Shown here piece by piece: positions 52,473 to 64,000 of a stretch of 64,000 nucleotides of DNA. Each line of letters begins with the position of its first letter. Position 1 is the first letter of the stretch. Under the pieces are notes generated by a model. It saw nothing but the letters and a program-made list of their open reading frames with translations, made no database searches and was not told the origin of the DNA. The stretch is from Octopus sinensis (Eukaryota). The stretch lies in contig NC_043017.1 of assembly GCF_006345805.1 (NCBI RefSeq), forward strand, positions 20,646,001 through 20,710,000. The letters run 5' to 3'. The position numbers and the translations under genes are program-made.

Positions 52473-53028
52473 TGAGTGAGAGAGCAGTGCATGCCATCAA
52501 AGTGACACTGGAGTACAAATATACGAAGCTCAGTATACCCATCATGACTACCTGTCTGATAAGGGTACACTAGGCACATGCATCACAACCATGTGTGCGC
52601 GACATGATAATCTCATATCAAGGTAAACAGTGCATGACCTTGCAGGTGGGGCCCAGTTAGAATTTTCTTCAGGTCAAGTAACCCATCCCGCTCAAAAGGT
52701 CCCTGAATAAAGATTGTTTAAGGATTTTGAACAAACCACCCATGTTTCCAGAGGTGAATTATTCAAACCCCAAAGAATTCCTCTCAATACATGGCTATGA
52801 TGCTCCCCCACTACTTCTGCTTGTGATCAGAGATGCACATATCATCAGCCACCAAGGGACATGGTCAACTAGTTAAAGTCAAGCAACTGTCAAGCAAATC
52901 TTTGGTAATGAGCAGAATGTTTGCTGTAGCCCATCTTTTATACCAAGACAAAACAATGTACATGAATGACACTTCCAATCAGTTAAGATCAGAAGCCACG
53001 AGAGCCACTACCTGGTATTGCATCAGGG
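52473..53028 (-). mobile_element. Family G, full length
   Basis: Reverse complement of 59222-59778; sits in the (ATT)n tail of the preceding B'. Confidence 0.88.
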
Positions 53029-53844
53029 CATTCTGGTCGTTGTTGTCGTTGTCATCGTCATCATTATTATTATCATTATAATTATCGTTACAAGATGGCA
53101 ACATGGCAAAATCATGAGCAAGCATGGTGAAAGGCCTAACAGTGTTTTGTCCATCCTTATGTTATCTGAGGTCGAATTTAACATTTGTCCTTTTGTGGAT
53201 GATAAAACATGTAGCAGTTGCATAGTGGGGTCGATGTAATTGACTAAATACCTCCCCCAAAATTCCAGACCTTGTGCCAAAATATGAAACCTAAGTTATG
53301 GCCAGTTGTTATGCACTTCTGAAGACTTCAGTCACGAAGAAATTCCTTACTTAAAAACAGATAAATATTGGGGATAAGAAGAGCATCTAGCCATAATATC
53401 AGTTCCTGTCCTAACCATGCTAACATGGAAAATTCAGGACATCTTTCCAGCATTCTTATGCTTACAAAAATCCAGTCTTTTGGTGCTTGGAACCATTCTT
53501 TTTTTTTCATTTACACCCTCTGCTGAAAGAATGAGCAGCAAAGTTGACATTGGCCATCATTCAGCTCAGAACACAGAGCACCAGAACAAATCTCACGAGG
53601 CATTCTTCCAGACACTTGGATGATTCTGCCAATTTGCCACTTGCTCAAATTATTCCTCACTGACAGGCATGCCTATAGGTTCAAGGATGTCTGTGTGGTT
53701 TTGAAGCTTGCTTCCGAATCTTGTGGTCTTTGGGGTTCATTCTCACTGTGTGGAACTTTATGTGAATGTCTTATATAGTCTCAGGCCGGCTGACCAAAAC
53801 CATGGGAACAGAATTGGAAGATGAAATCTGAAAGAAGCCTATAT

Positions 53845-54080
53845 TTTCATTTGTCTTGCTTATTTTTTACACTTTGGTTCTGTACTGAGTTTTTATTTGA
53901 GAACACATTCTTTGTGGTAAATAGCGATTTTGACGTCTATATCTAGCATATTGACTGTCCACTTTTAGTGGTCAGTCCTTTAAATTTTGTATGTAAAAAT
54001 ATTTTAATCTTCGGATTTCTTTAATATGCTAGGCCACTGGTTTTAATTAATTAATATCAATGTCTACCCTTATTCAATTT
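53845..54080 (-). mobile_element. Family E repeat
   Basis: Reverse complement of 16991-17172, extending further. Confidence 0.8.
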
Positions 54081-54164
54081 TATATATATATATATATATA
54101 TTACAGAGATGTACTTGCATAGCAAGTGACGTGATCTGAGATCGTGTGCTGAAACAAAAATAAT

Positions 54165-54418
54165 TGCAGTGTGGAAGGTGTTTATAAGCCATTTAAAAAC
54201 ACACAAAAACTGTTAGATTCACTTCAACATTTAAATTTATTTTGTTAAAATGTTTTCGTTGCTTTGAAACCATAACCCGTTCACTGGCAAAATTCAGTGA
54301 ACAGGTCGCAGTTTCAAAGTGATGAAAATATTTTGACACAAATTAAATTTAAATGTTGAAGTGAATCTAACGGTTTTTTTGTACTTTTAAATGGCTTATA
54401 AACACCTTCAACCCTGCA
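54165..54418. repeat. ~254-bp imperfect palindrome (arms ~122 nt, 8-nt loop)
   Basis: GAAGGTGTTTATAAGCCATTTAAAA...GTTCACTG / CAGTGAAC...TTTTAAATGGCTTATAAACACCTTC. Confidence 0.93.
54294..54336 (+). ncRNA. Hammerhead-like motif, G3-C8 variant
   Basis: TCA-GTGAACA-G-GTCGC(AGTTTCAAA)GTGAT-GAAA-ATATT-T/TGA; mirror copy on the minus strand with core at 54278-54284. Confidence 0.45.
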
Positions 54419-54419
54419 T

Positions 54420-54473
<54 letters not shown>

Positions 54474-54490
54474 ATATATATATAAATATA

Positions 54491-54909
54491 TACTCTTTAC
54501 TCTCTTTTACTCTTTTACTTGTTTCAGTCATTTGACTGCAGCCATGCTGGAGCACCGCCTTTAGTCGAGCAAATCGACCCCGGGACTTATTCTTTGTAAG
54601 CCCAGTACTTATTCTATCGGTCTCTTTTGCTGAACCGCTAAATGAAGGGGACGTAAACACACCAGCATCGGTTGTCAAGCAATGCTAGGGGGACAAACAC
54701 AGACACACAAACATATATACACACATACATATATATACATATATACGACAGGCTTCTTTCAGTTTCCGTCTGCCAAATCCACTCACAAGGCATTGGTCGG
54801 CCCGGGGCTATAGCAGAAGACACTTGCCCAAGATGCCACGTGGTGGGACTGAACCCGGAACCATGTGGTTGGTAAGCAAGCTACTTACCACACAGCCACT
54901 CCTGCACCT
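54491..54909 (-). mobile_element. SINE A, full length, young
   Basis: Near consensus. Confidence 0.92.
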
Positions 54910-55160
54910 AGATATATATATATATATATATACACATATATATGCAGTGTATGTGTGGGTGAATTTTGAGAGTATGTGTGTATGTGTTTGTGTGTATCCT
55001 TTTCTATACATCACATGATGGTTGTAAATGAGAATTACTGTCATAAAATAACGTTGTTTACTTCCAGTCTTCCATGAAAATATGTCTGGTCTCGGGGCAG
55101 GTTGGTGACAGGAAGGGCATCTTGTAATACAAAATCTGTCCAAAAAAATTCCATCAAACC

Positions 55161-55398
55161 CAGTGGTTCTCAACCTGGGTCCAAATGGCCCTTGGGATTC
55201 CATATGGCCCTTTGGGGTCCATATAAGACTGGTTATACTTTTATAATACACAATATATTTTGATCTTTTTATACAATTCCTAATAGAATTTAATTATAAA
55301 AATACTGTAGATATCTTTTATATACATCAACAGGCTAAGGAGGGACAGTAAGATAGGTACGAATGGGATCGATCAGCTAAAAATTGCTGAAAACTAGC
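55161..55398. mobile_element. Possible hAT-type MITE
   Basis: Left end CAGTGGTTCTCAACCTGGG typical of hAT/Charlie TIRs; right end degenerate, no TSD seen. Confidence 0.45.
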
Positions 55399-55439
55399 CT
55401 AAAAGGATGATGAAAATGGTGAAGACCATGTACAAATGT

Positions 55440-55960
55440 CATCATCATCATCCGTTTTCCATGCTAGCATGGGTTGGACGGTTTTGATTGAGGGCTGGCA
55501 ACCAGATGGCTGCACCTGGCTCCAGTCTTGATTTGGCAGAGTTTCTACAGCTGGATACCCTTCCTAACGCCAACCACTCCGTGAGTGTAGTGGATGCTTT
55601 TTACGCGCCACCGGCACGGGGGCCAGTCAGGCGGTACTGGCAATGACCTCGCTCGAATCTTTTACATGTGCCACTGACACAGGTGCCAGTGAAGCGACAT
55701 TGGTAACAATGAAGGTCGAATGGTGCCCTTTTATGTGACATGGGTACGGAAGCCAGTTGGCTGCTCTGGCAACGATCACAACGATCACGCTCGGATGGTG
55801 TTTTTGGCTCCCTACTGGAAAAGGAACAAGTGCCAGTAAGGCAACGCTGGTAACGATCATACTTGAATAGCCTCTCTGTCAACGATCACACTCGTATGGT
55901 GCTCTTCGCACCCCGCTAGCATGGATGCCAGTCATCGAAATGATTTTGATTTTGATTACA
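55440..55960 (-). mobile_element. Family D, long variant
   Basis: Same 3' end as other D copies; more internal repeat units; starts with (AAAATC)n. Confidence 0.82.
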
Positions 55961-56782
55961 CTTGTCACAAGAGGTCTAATGAATATTTCATCATATCTGA
56001 GGGTATATCATGCATTCTTGGCTTTCCTTCTACCCATAATTCTGATGTTTTTTCCAGTGCAATTCCAGTATGATTGGGTTAAAAATCTTACCACCACAGC
56101 GCCAAAATCTAACCACTGTAACATCACTTTAAACTATTTCTATCTGCCAAATTATTTTAAGACGGCGATTAACTATATTTTGGCTTGTACCGAATTCCCA
56201 TTTTCTTCCAAATACCGTATTTAGCATTGGAAGCCAGTTGCATACTAATAAATAACGCAGCGAGTAAATTGGTTTAGGGAATTTGGCACCAAAGACTGAA
56301 CTGAGATATTGATTCTTTTTCAAAAGAGCCAAACTTTAAGAAAAACTGGCTCTACATTGATAAGGTCAAGTTTACAATCATTCGCAATAAAATTCCGAAA
56401 GTCTTGCCCTCAGGTATTAGTTGAGTATAATAACAAAATGCTTTGGATTAGTACAGGCGCTGCGGTTTGCATATTGCATATTGTCGGTTACGTTGAGTGC
56501 ATAGTTTCACTGTTGGTATAAAATGATTAAGAAATAAAAGAGAAATAATATGAACAGATTGCTGCGGTTTATAAACATGTATGCCTTTGGTGAGTTCACA
56601 TATATATATATATATATATACACATACATATACATATATATACATATATATATACATATACATACATACATATATATATATATATACATACATACATATA
56701 TACATACATACATACATATATATATATACATACATACATACATATATACATACATACATACATATATATATATATATGTATA

Positions 56783-56876
<94 letters not shown>

Positions 56877-57278
56877 CACATATATATATACATACATACA
56901 TATATATATGTTTGTATGTATATTTATATGTTTATATGTGTTTTATTTTTAAATTACTAAGGACTGTGTTTGATGTATGTATTAAATATTTGGTAAATCT
57001 GGTCGATGTTTATGTGCAGATTGTATGGATGTATGTATGTGCATAAACAGAGGGATTGTCTGTGATGTACATAGAAGACTGTGCAGTAGGGGGGGATGAA
57101 ATGGATAGGAGAAGAAACAGAGAGAGAGAGAGAGAGAAAAGGAAATAGAACAGTGGAATGAAAACAGGTTGAAAAATATGAGTAGCAAGACTTTAAAACT
57201 ACCCTACTATCAAGTATGTAAAGGTGTGTGTATGCATGTGTGTATAGAGAGAGATATAGATAGATAGACAAATAAACC

Positions 57279-57324
<46 letters not shown>

Positions 57325-57600
57325 GTGACAGATGTGGGTGTATTAATAATATATATGTCAGCATAATTGGTGTGTGTATATTGGGTAGAAAATCTCACCT
57401 TTCCTTACTTCTACACTGAACAGATCAAACAAACATTTTTCTATGAAGTGTACCAACTTTTGGCAGGTGCATATATATATATATATATATATAATATATA
57501 TATATATATATTTGTGTATGTATAGTTAAGTGCAGGCTGCCATATTTGATGAGGTGAACAGTTATATATATATATATATATATTATATATACACATATAT

Positions 57601-57643
<43 letters not shown>

Positions 57644-57867
57644 ATATGTGTTACTTACACACAGGTGTGCAAACCTACAAACAATAATGGATGGATGTGG
57701 TGACGGAAAATGTTCAGTTAATAACTTCCTTGGTTATAAATTGCATATGTACAAGGAGACACACATGCATACATTCACACACACACATACACAAACACAC
57801 ACACACTGACACATATTCATATCTGTGTTTGTGTACATGAGTGTGTATATGAGTATATATATGTATG

Positions 57868-57917
<50 letters not shown>

Positions 57918-58442
57918 ATTATATATATATATATTTATTTATTTATTTATACTTATATACAGAGACAGACAGGCAGACAAACACATACATATATACATTC
58001 ATGCACATATATGTTTGTGCATGTATAATACCAATGCTAACCTTACATGGAGAATGTCATCATAACCAGGTATTCAATGATTTTTTTTTTCATTTCATAT
58101 ACATAAATCAATACCAACAAGAACACAGCAAGAAGGATTAGCCCAAAGAATCATGTGCGAATGTCTTGTATCTGCATGCAGCGTTCTGGTCATACACAAA
58201 GGTAGGTTTGATATGAACTAAAAGGAAATGGCATCAAAAACTCCATAGGGCAGAGGATGAATCAAACCTTATCTTATGTTGTTGTTTGCTGTTGGAGACC
58301 TGTTAAAAATAGCAGCTAACTCTCTCTCAAATAGGTTTTTTAAAAAATCTAATTTTAGGATTTGAGTTCATGTTCATCAATAACTGAGAAGAATATGTAA
58401 AGGAAGTCCAAAATGAAGGCTTTTACCAAATGTTCAAATATT

Positions 58443-58576
58443 CTTTTCTACTCTAGGCACAAGGCCCGAAATTTTGGGGGAGGTGGTGGTGGTGGGGGCA
58501 GTTGATTAGATCAACCCCAGTACACAACTAGCACTTAATTTATTGACCCCCAAAAGGATGAAAGACAAAGTCGACC
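58443..58576 (-). mobile_element. SINE B', 5' part missing
   Basis: Breaks at AAAGTCGACC, directly against the Dong fragment. Confidence 0.8.
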
Positions 58577-59147
58577 ATCTCACTCCTCTGGAACTTCACA
58601 ATTCAAACTGACAGAAAGATAGATGCGAATAGGCCAGACATCGTATTGAAAGACTCCAGACAAGAATCATGTCTCCTCATTGATATGACAGTCCCAATCG
58701 ATATAAACGTATCTGTCAAAACCTACCAAAAACTGAGCAAGTATAAAGATCTTGAAATAGAAAATAGAAATTAGCAAAATGTGGAACCTGAAGACTAAAA
58801 CAATACCTGTTGTCATAGGTGCCCTAGGAATGATAGGAAAAGGAGCTGACTGCTACCTAACTCAGATACCAGGAAACCCCAAAATATCAGAAATTCAAAT
58901 GACAGTGCTCATGGGAACTGCCCATATCCTATGTAAAATACTGTCTATGTAATCTCAAATTTTAAAACAAACACAATTTTCTTTCTTATGGTTTCTTAAA
59001 CATTCTCTAGAACAACACTATGTACAAAACCAAATATATGGCACCCTAGGCATAACACCAACATGAACTTCTAACTTGTCTCTTGAGGTCTCTGGGTGAT
59101 ATTTGGAGCCAACTTGTACAAATGCAAGGCAAAAATCAAACATAAAA

Positions 59148-59148
<1 letters not shown>
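58577..59148 (+). mobile_element. R4/Dong-clade LINE 3' fragment (RLE domain + 3' UTR)
   Basis: LLWNFTIQTDRKIDANRPDIVLKD...LIDMTVP...KLSKYKDLEIE(7-bp duplication)ISKMWNLKTKTIPVVIGALG...GTAHIL. Confidence 0.88.
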
Positions 59149-59188
<40 letters not shown>

Positions 59189-59221
59189 ATAATAATAGTA
59201 ATAACAACAACAATAACAATT

Positions 59222-59777
59222 CCCTGATGCAGTACCAAGTAGTGGCTCATGGCTTCTCATCTTAACTGATTGGAAGTGTTATCATGTACATTGTTTTGTC
59301 TTGGTATAAAAAAAAAAGGGCTACAACAAATATTCTGCTCAATGCCACAGATTTGCTTGTCAGTTGTTTGACCATAACCAGTTGAGCATGTCCCTTAGTG
59401 GCTGACGATATGTGCATCTCTAATCATGTGTAGAAGTAGTTGGGGAGCATCATAGCCATGTGTTGAGAGAAATTCTTTAGGGTTTGGATATTTCACCTCT
59501 GGAAACATGAGTGTTTTGTTCAACATCTTTAAACAACCCTTATTCAGAGACCTTTTGAGCATGATGAGCTACTTGATATGAAGAAAATTCTAACTGGGCC
59601 CCCACCTGCATGGTCATGCACTGTTTATCTTGATATGAGATCACCATGTCACACAAATATGGTTGTGATGCATGTGCCTGGTGTACTCTTATCAAATGGG
59701 TAGTCATGGTGGGTATATTGGGTTTCGTATATTTGTACTCCAGTATCACTTTGATGGCATGCACTGCCCTCTCACTC

Positions 59778-59778
<1 letters not shown>
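59222..59778 (+). mobile_element. Family G, full length
   Basis: Starts CCCTGATGCAGTACC, ends CTCACTC + (AAT)n. Confidence 0.88.
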
Positions 59779-59809
<31 letters not shown>

Positions 59810-59988
59810 CAATAATAATAATCAGAAGAAGAAATAAAATGAACTAAGGGGAAATAAATCAATTGCACCAACAGCATAAATTTGATTAATTGTGAAATGC
59901 TAAAATGTACTAAATGCCTTACAATCACTCTCAACCATATATACATATATACACACATATACATATCTATATACCTATAAAAATACAA

Positions 59989-60030
<42 letters not shown>

Positions 60031-60426
60031 GAAAATACATGTGTATATATATATATTTCCATACATATATATGTGTGTGCTGTGTGTATATATTTCCATA
60101 TATGTATATGTGTGTGTGTGGGAAGGTGTATGTGTATGTGTATATATACACACACACTCAATCAGACATGCATGTTCACGCTCAGACTACTTATCTGCAT
60201 CGCAAAAATATACAAATTCTCTCTCACGCCACCCCTAAACATACATATATACATACATACATACATACATGCGTGCATGCATGCATACACATCTACTCTG
60301 AGCAAATACTTAATTCTCCATGAAATCTCCAGAATAACAGTAATTAAATGTTGAACCTATTCAGTCTCAGGGTTTTTAAACTTTGATTTAGTAGCTGTCA
60401 GAGATTATGCCCCCCCCACCCCCAAC

Positions 60427-60780
60427 GACCCTCTGCCTCACTGTAGCACCACCACCACCACCACCACCACCACCACCACCTCCGCCATCACTACCACCAC
60501 CTCCACCACCACCACCATCACCACCACCACCACCACCATCACCACCACCACCACCACCACCATCACCACCACCATCATCACTACCATTACCACCACCACC
60601 ACCACACCATCACTACCATCACCACCACCACCACCTGCACCACCACCATCACCACCACCACCACCACCTCCGCCATCACCACCACCACCATTATCACCAC
60701 CATCACTACCACAACCATCATCACCATCATTGCGACTGCCACCACCACCACACTCACCACCTGCCGCCATCATCATCAAT
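60427..60780. repeat. (ACC/ATC)n low-complexity tract
   Basis: Direct reading. Confidence 0.9.
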
Positions 60781-61218
60781 GCCCATGCTTGATAAGGGTC
60801 ATTATGCATCTACCCCTTTCTCTCCACGCCCACCCTGCTGGATAAAGTTCTGGTAATTGGAAATAGGAATCAACTAGGGGAGAAAGAATAAAATAAAAAT
60901 AAAATAAAATGAAATAAAAAAAAGCATAAATGCTTGTTTTTTTTTATGTTTCTTGTATGTCGACCTCGTACAGCGGATATAGCGATATTGCGTAGTTTAG
61001 TGCATGGTGGGTGAGGGGGGGGGTCGGGTCAGAGCAGGGGGAAAGGGGGTCTTTTGTATTGTACCAAGCCTGGAGCAATGGTAAGGTTTAATAAGTCCAC
61101 AGGACATGGTTTGGCTATTGTAAATTAAAACAGGCAGGTTTTTGGCAATACATATAATCGTGCAAAGTGTTTCTATGTTTTAGCTGTAGCACCATCATCA
61201 TCATCACCATTATTATCG

Positions 61219-61867
61219 TTAAGGCGATGAGCTGGCAGAGTTGTTAGCATGTCAGGCAAAATGCTGAGTGGTATTGGTATTTCGGTCATTGTTACATTCT
61301 GAACTCAAATTCTAGTGAGGCACAGGAGTGGGTGTGTGGTAAGTAGCTTGTTTACCAACTACATGGTTCCGGGTTCAGTCCCACTGCGTGGCATCTTGGG
61401 CAAGTGTCTTCTGCTATAGCCCCGGGCTGACCAATGCCTCGTGAATGGATTTGGTAGACGGAAACTGAAAGAAGCCTGTCGTATATATGTATATATGTAT
61501 ATATATATATATATGTATGTGTGTGTATGTGTTTGTGTGTCTGTTTGTCCCACTATCATTGCTTGACAACTGATGCTGGTGTGTTTACATCCCCGTCACT
61601 TAGCGGTTTGGCAAAAGAGTCCAATAGAATAAGTACTGGGCTTACAAAGAATAAGTCCCGGGGTCGATTTGCTCGACTAAAGGCGGTACTCCAGCATGGC
61701 CGCAGTCAAATGACTGAAACATGTAAAAGAGTAAAGAGAGTAAAGAGGTCAACTTTACCTTTCATCCTTTCATGGTTGAGAAATTATGTGCCAGACAAGT
61801 ACTGGGGGTTGATGTAATTGATTCCCCCACCTCCTCCAAAATGGCTGCCTTTGTGGCAAAATTTGAA

Positions 61868-61870
<3 letters not shown>
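61219..61870 (+). mobile_element. SINE B' interrupted by SINE A
   Basis: B head stops at ...GTGAGG (61320) and resumes GAGGTCAAC at about 61745. Confidence 0.8.
61319..61744 (+). mobile_element. SINE A, full length, nested in B'
   Basis: Near consensus. Confidence 0.9.
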
Positions 61871-61900
<30 letters not shown>

Positions 61901-61920
61901 GTCATCATCATCATCATCAT

Positions 61921-62635
61921 AAAGGCAGTGAGCTGGCAGAATTGTTAGTATGCTGGGCGACATGCTTAGCAATATTTCATCTATCATCACATTCTGGGTT
62001 CAAATTCTGCCAAGATCGACTTCGCCCCTTTTCCTCCTTTCAGGCTCGATAAAATAAGTACCAGTTGCGTACTGGTGTTGATGTAAATGACTCATCCCCT
62101 CCCCCAAAACTACTGCCCTTGTGGCAAAATTTGAAACCGTTATTATCATTATTATTATTACTACTACTACTACTACTACTACTATAATTATCATTATTAT
62201 TATGAAGGTGGCAGACAAGCAGAATAGTTAGAAACCAAGTGAAATGCTAAGTGGCATTTTGTCTGTCTAAATGTTCTGAGTTCAAATCCCAACAAATTCA
62301 ACTCTGCCTATCATCTCTTTTGGGGTCAATAAATTAAGCACCAGTTGAGCACTGGTGGGGAGGGGGCTTTTAATTGACTTATCCCCTGACTTGGAATTGC
62401 TGGTCTTGTGCCAAAATTTGAAACTATTATAATTATTGCTTTAATCATCCCAATTATTAACATTATTATTTTTATCATTAGCGTTATTATTGAGGTCGAC
62501 TTTGCTTTTCATCCATTCGGGGGTCACTAAACTGAATACCATTGAAGCACTGGGGTCATTGCAATCGACTATCCCCACCGCCAAATTTCAGGTCTTGTGC
62601 CTATAGTAGAAAGGATTATTATTATTATTATTATC
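61921..62635 (+). mobile_element. Three further head-to-tail SINE B' copies separated by (ATT/ACT)n
   Basis: Copies at about 61921-62140, 62203-62430 and 62490-62635. Confidence 0.8.
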
Positions 62636-63127
62636 ATTCAGTAGTTTTATTTTTATAGCGTGCTTTCACTTCACTACCGAGCGCAGCTCTGTGTGCCTTG
62701 GGTATGTGCTGTGATTTGTTGTGATGCTCTGATGGTTATTGTATGGAAAGTGTTCTGCGTAGGATGTGTGCAGTGCCTAGTAGTGCAATTTTCTGTATGT
62801 TATATGTGTTTGTAAGTCCTGGTGTTTTTGTTATGTATTTGTCTGAATATTTTTTTATCATGCCTAATGCACCTACTATGATAGGAATTGTTTCTGTTTT
62901 CAGATTCCACATTCTAGTTACCTCTATTTCTAGGTCTTTGTATGTTGAGAGTTTCTCCATTTCTTTTAGAGACACGTTGTCATCTGCTGGTATTGATACA
63001 TCAATTAGAAAGCATTTTTTTTCTTCATGATCTCTGACAACTATATCTGGTCTGTTGGCCTTAATTTCTCTATCTGTGTGTATCGGCATATCCCAGAGTA
63101 TGGTTGCTTTCTCGTTTTCTGTGACCT

Positions 63128-63128
<1 letters not shown>
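62636..63128 (-). mobile_element. R4/Dong-clade LINE 3' fragment with intact RLE reading frame, inserted in (TAA)n
   Basis: KATILWDMPIHTDREIKANRPDIVVRD...LIDVSIP...KYKDLEIEVTRMW...PIIVGALG...LLGTAHILRRTL*; TAA repeats on both sides. Confidence 0.92.
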
Positions 63129-63161
<33 letters not shown>

Positions 63162-63983
63162 TATTATTATTATTATTATTATAGGGAGATTAAATGTTCA
63201 ACTATTAGAAATTCTAAAATGTTTGCCAGAAGAGAACAAAAATAAAAAATAGAACCTGATTTTTAAAATTATATTTTAGTTGATCTTTTTATTTTGTATT
63301 TATTTTCTTTTGGTTTTTATTCCTGCAATGTTGTTTTTTTGTTCTTGATTTTGTACCATTTTATTTACTAACGTTATTTATCTATTTTTACTTTTTTTTT
63401 TTTTACTTTGTTCTGTTTTCACCTTTATTTCGGTGAGATTACTTCCATTGTAAATCTCTCCGAAACCTAAGCAATACATAAACAAACAAATAAATATATA
63501 TATATATATATAAAAAAAAAAAAACACACACACACACATGCATGCAAACTAAAGGAGTAAATAAATAAAAAAATAAAACAAAAAATAAACCTGAAAAACA
63601 CCACCTAACTAACCACCACCAAGCAATTACCCAACCAACCAACCACCAACCAGGAACCAACCGAATATACCCTTCATTCGTCGTATAATAAAATGTTTTC
63701 AATTTGCTTCCTGTTTCCCATTTCTGCCAACTCAGCAAAATATTTATTCATTTATTACTCTTCCCTTATCCAACCACAATGCCCCCACCTTCAACACTCC
63801 ACCATCATTCAGCATTCATCTCTGTCGTACTTTATTTACATTCAGTGCAAGTACTTTGGTTGCTTAATCGGTAATAGCAGTAATAACAGCAGAACGTGTT
63901 TTGGAGAGATCAACACTGGGTGTTGTTGTTGCAGTTGCTGTTGTTAATGCAGCATTATAGTGCTTTGCATTGTATTATAATGA

Positions 63984-64000
63984 GGAGGCGCAATGGCCCA
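63984..64000 (+). mobile_element. Start of another SINE R
   Basis: GGAGGCGCAATGGCCCA identical to the head at 37473. Confidence 0.75.

Noticed and set aside
56550-56595. First-exon candidate [13 protein letters not shown]|gtgagt
   Set aside because: Only a donor-like hexamer; no promoter, acceptor or homology support.
59222-59260. U2 snRNA-like GCAGTACC at the start of family G
   Set aside because: Only an 8-nt match; no other U2 features.

Overview
AT-rich eukaryotic DNA saturated with microsatellites and retroposons. The SINE repertoire and microsatellite load look like an octopod cephalopod (Octopus) genome; this is inference from recognised repeat types, not a database match. I found no protein-coding host gene I can support. 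Almost all ORFs in the supplied track are artefacts of (TA)n, (CA)n, (GA)n or trinucleotide repeats. The real coding remnants are all retrotransposon pieces: four RTE 3' fragments, two R4/Dong-clade restriction-like endonuclease (RLE) fragments, and one Penelope-like element (PLE) with RT and GIY-YIG domains. The rest is several SINE-like families (called A, B/B', C, D, F, G, R here), three MITE types and inverted or tandem duplications. The most interesting signal is a set of minimal type I hammerhead-ribozyme-like motifs, at least one clearly in a PLE 3' region. Across them the tertiary 3:8 pair occurs in three Watson-Crick states (C3-G8, U3-A8, G3-C8). Also notable: a ~254-bp palindrome, a 273-bp inverted duplication fused to an RTE 5' junction, nested insertions with TSDs, TAA-targeting elements landing in SINE (ATT)n tails, and weak minus-strand splice signals near 46-47 kb. 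Most repeat boundaries are approximate (about +/-10 nt); identities were counted by eye.
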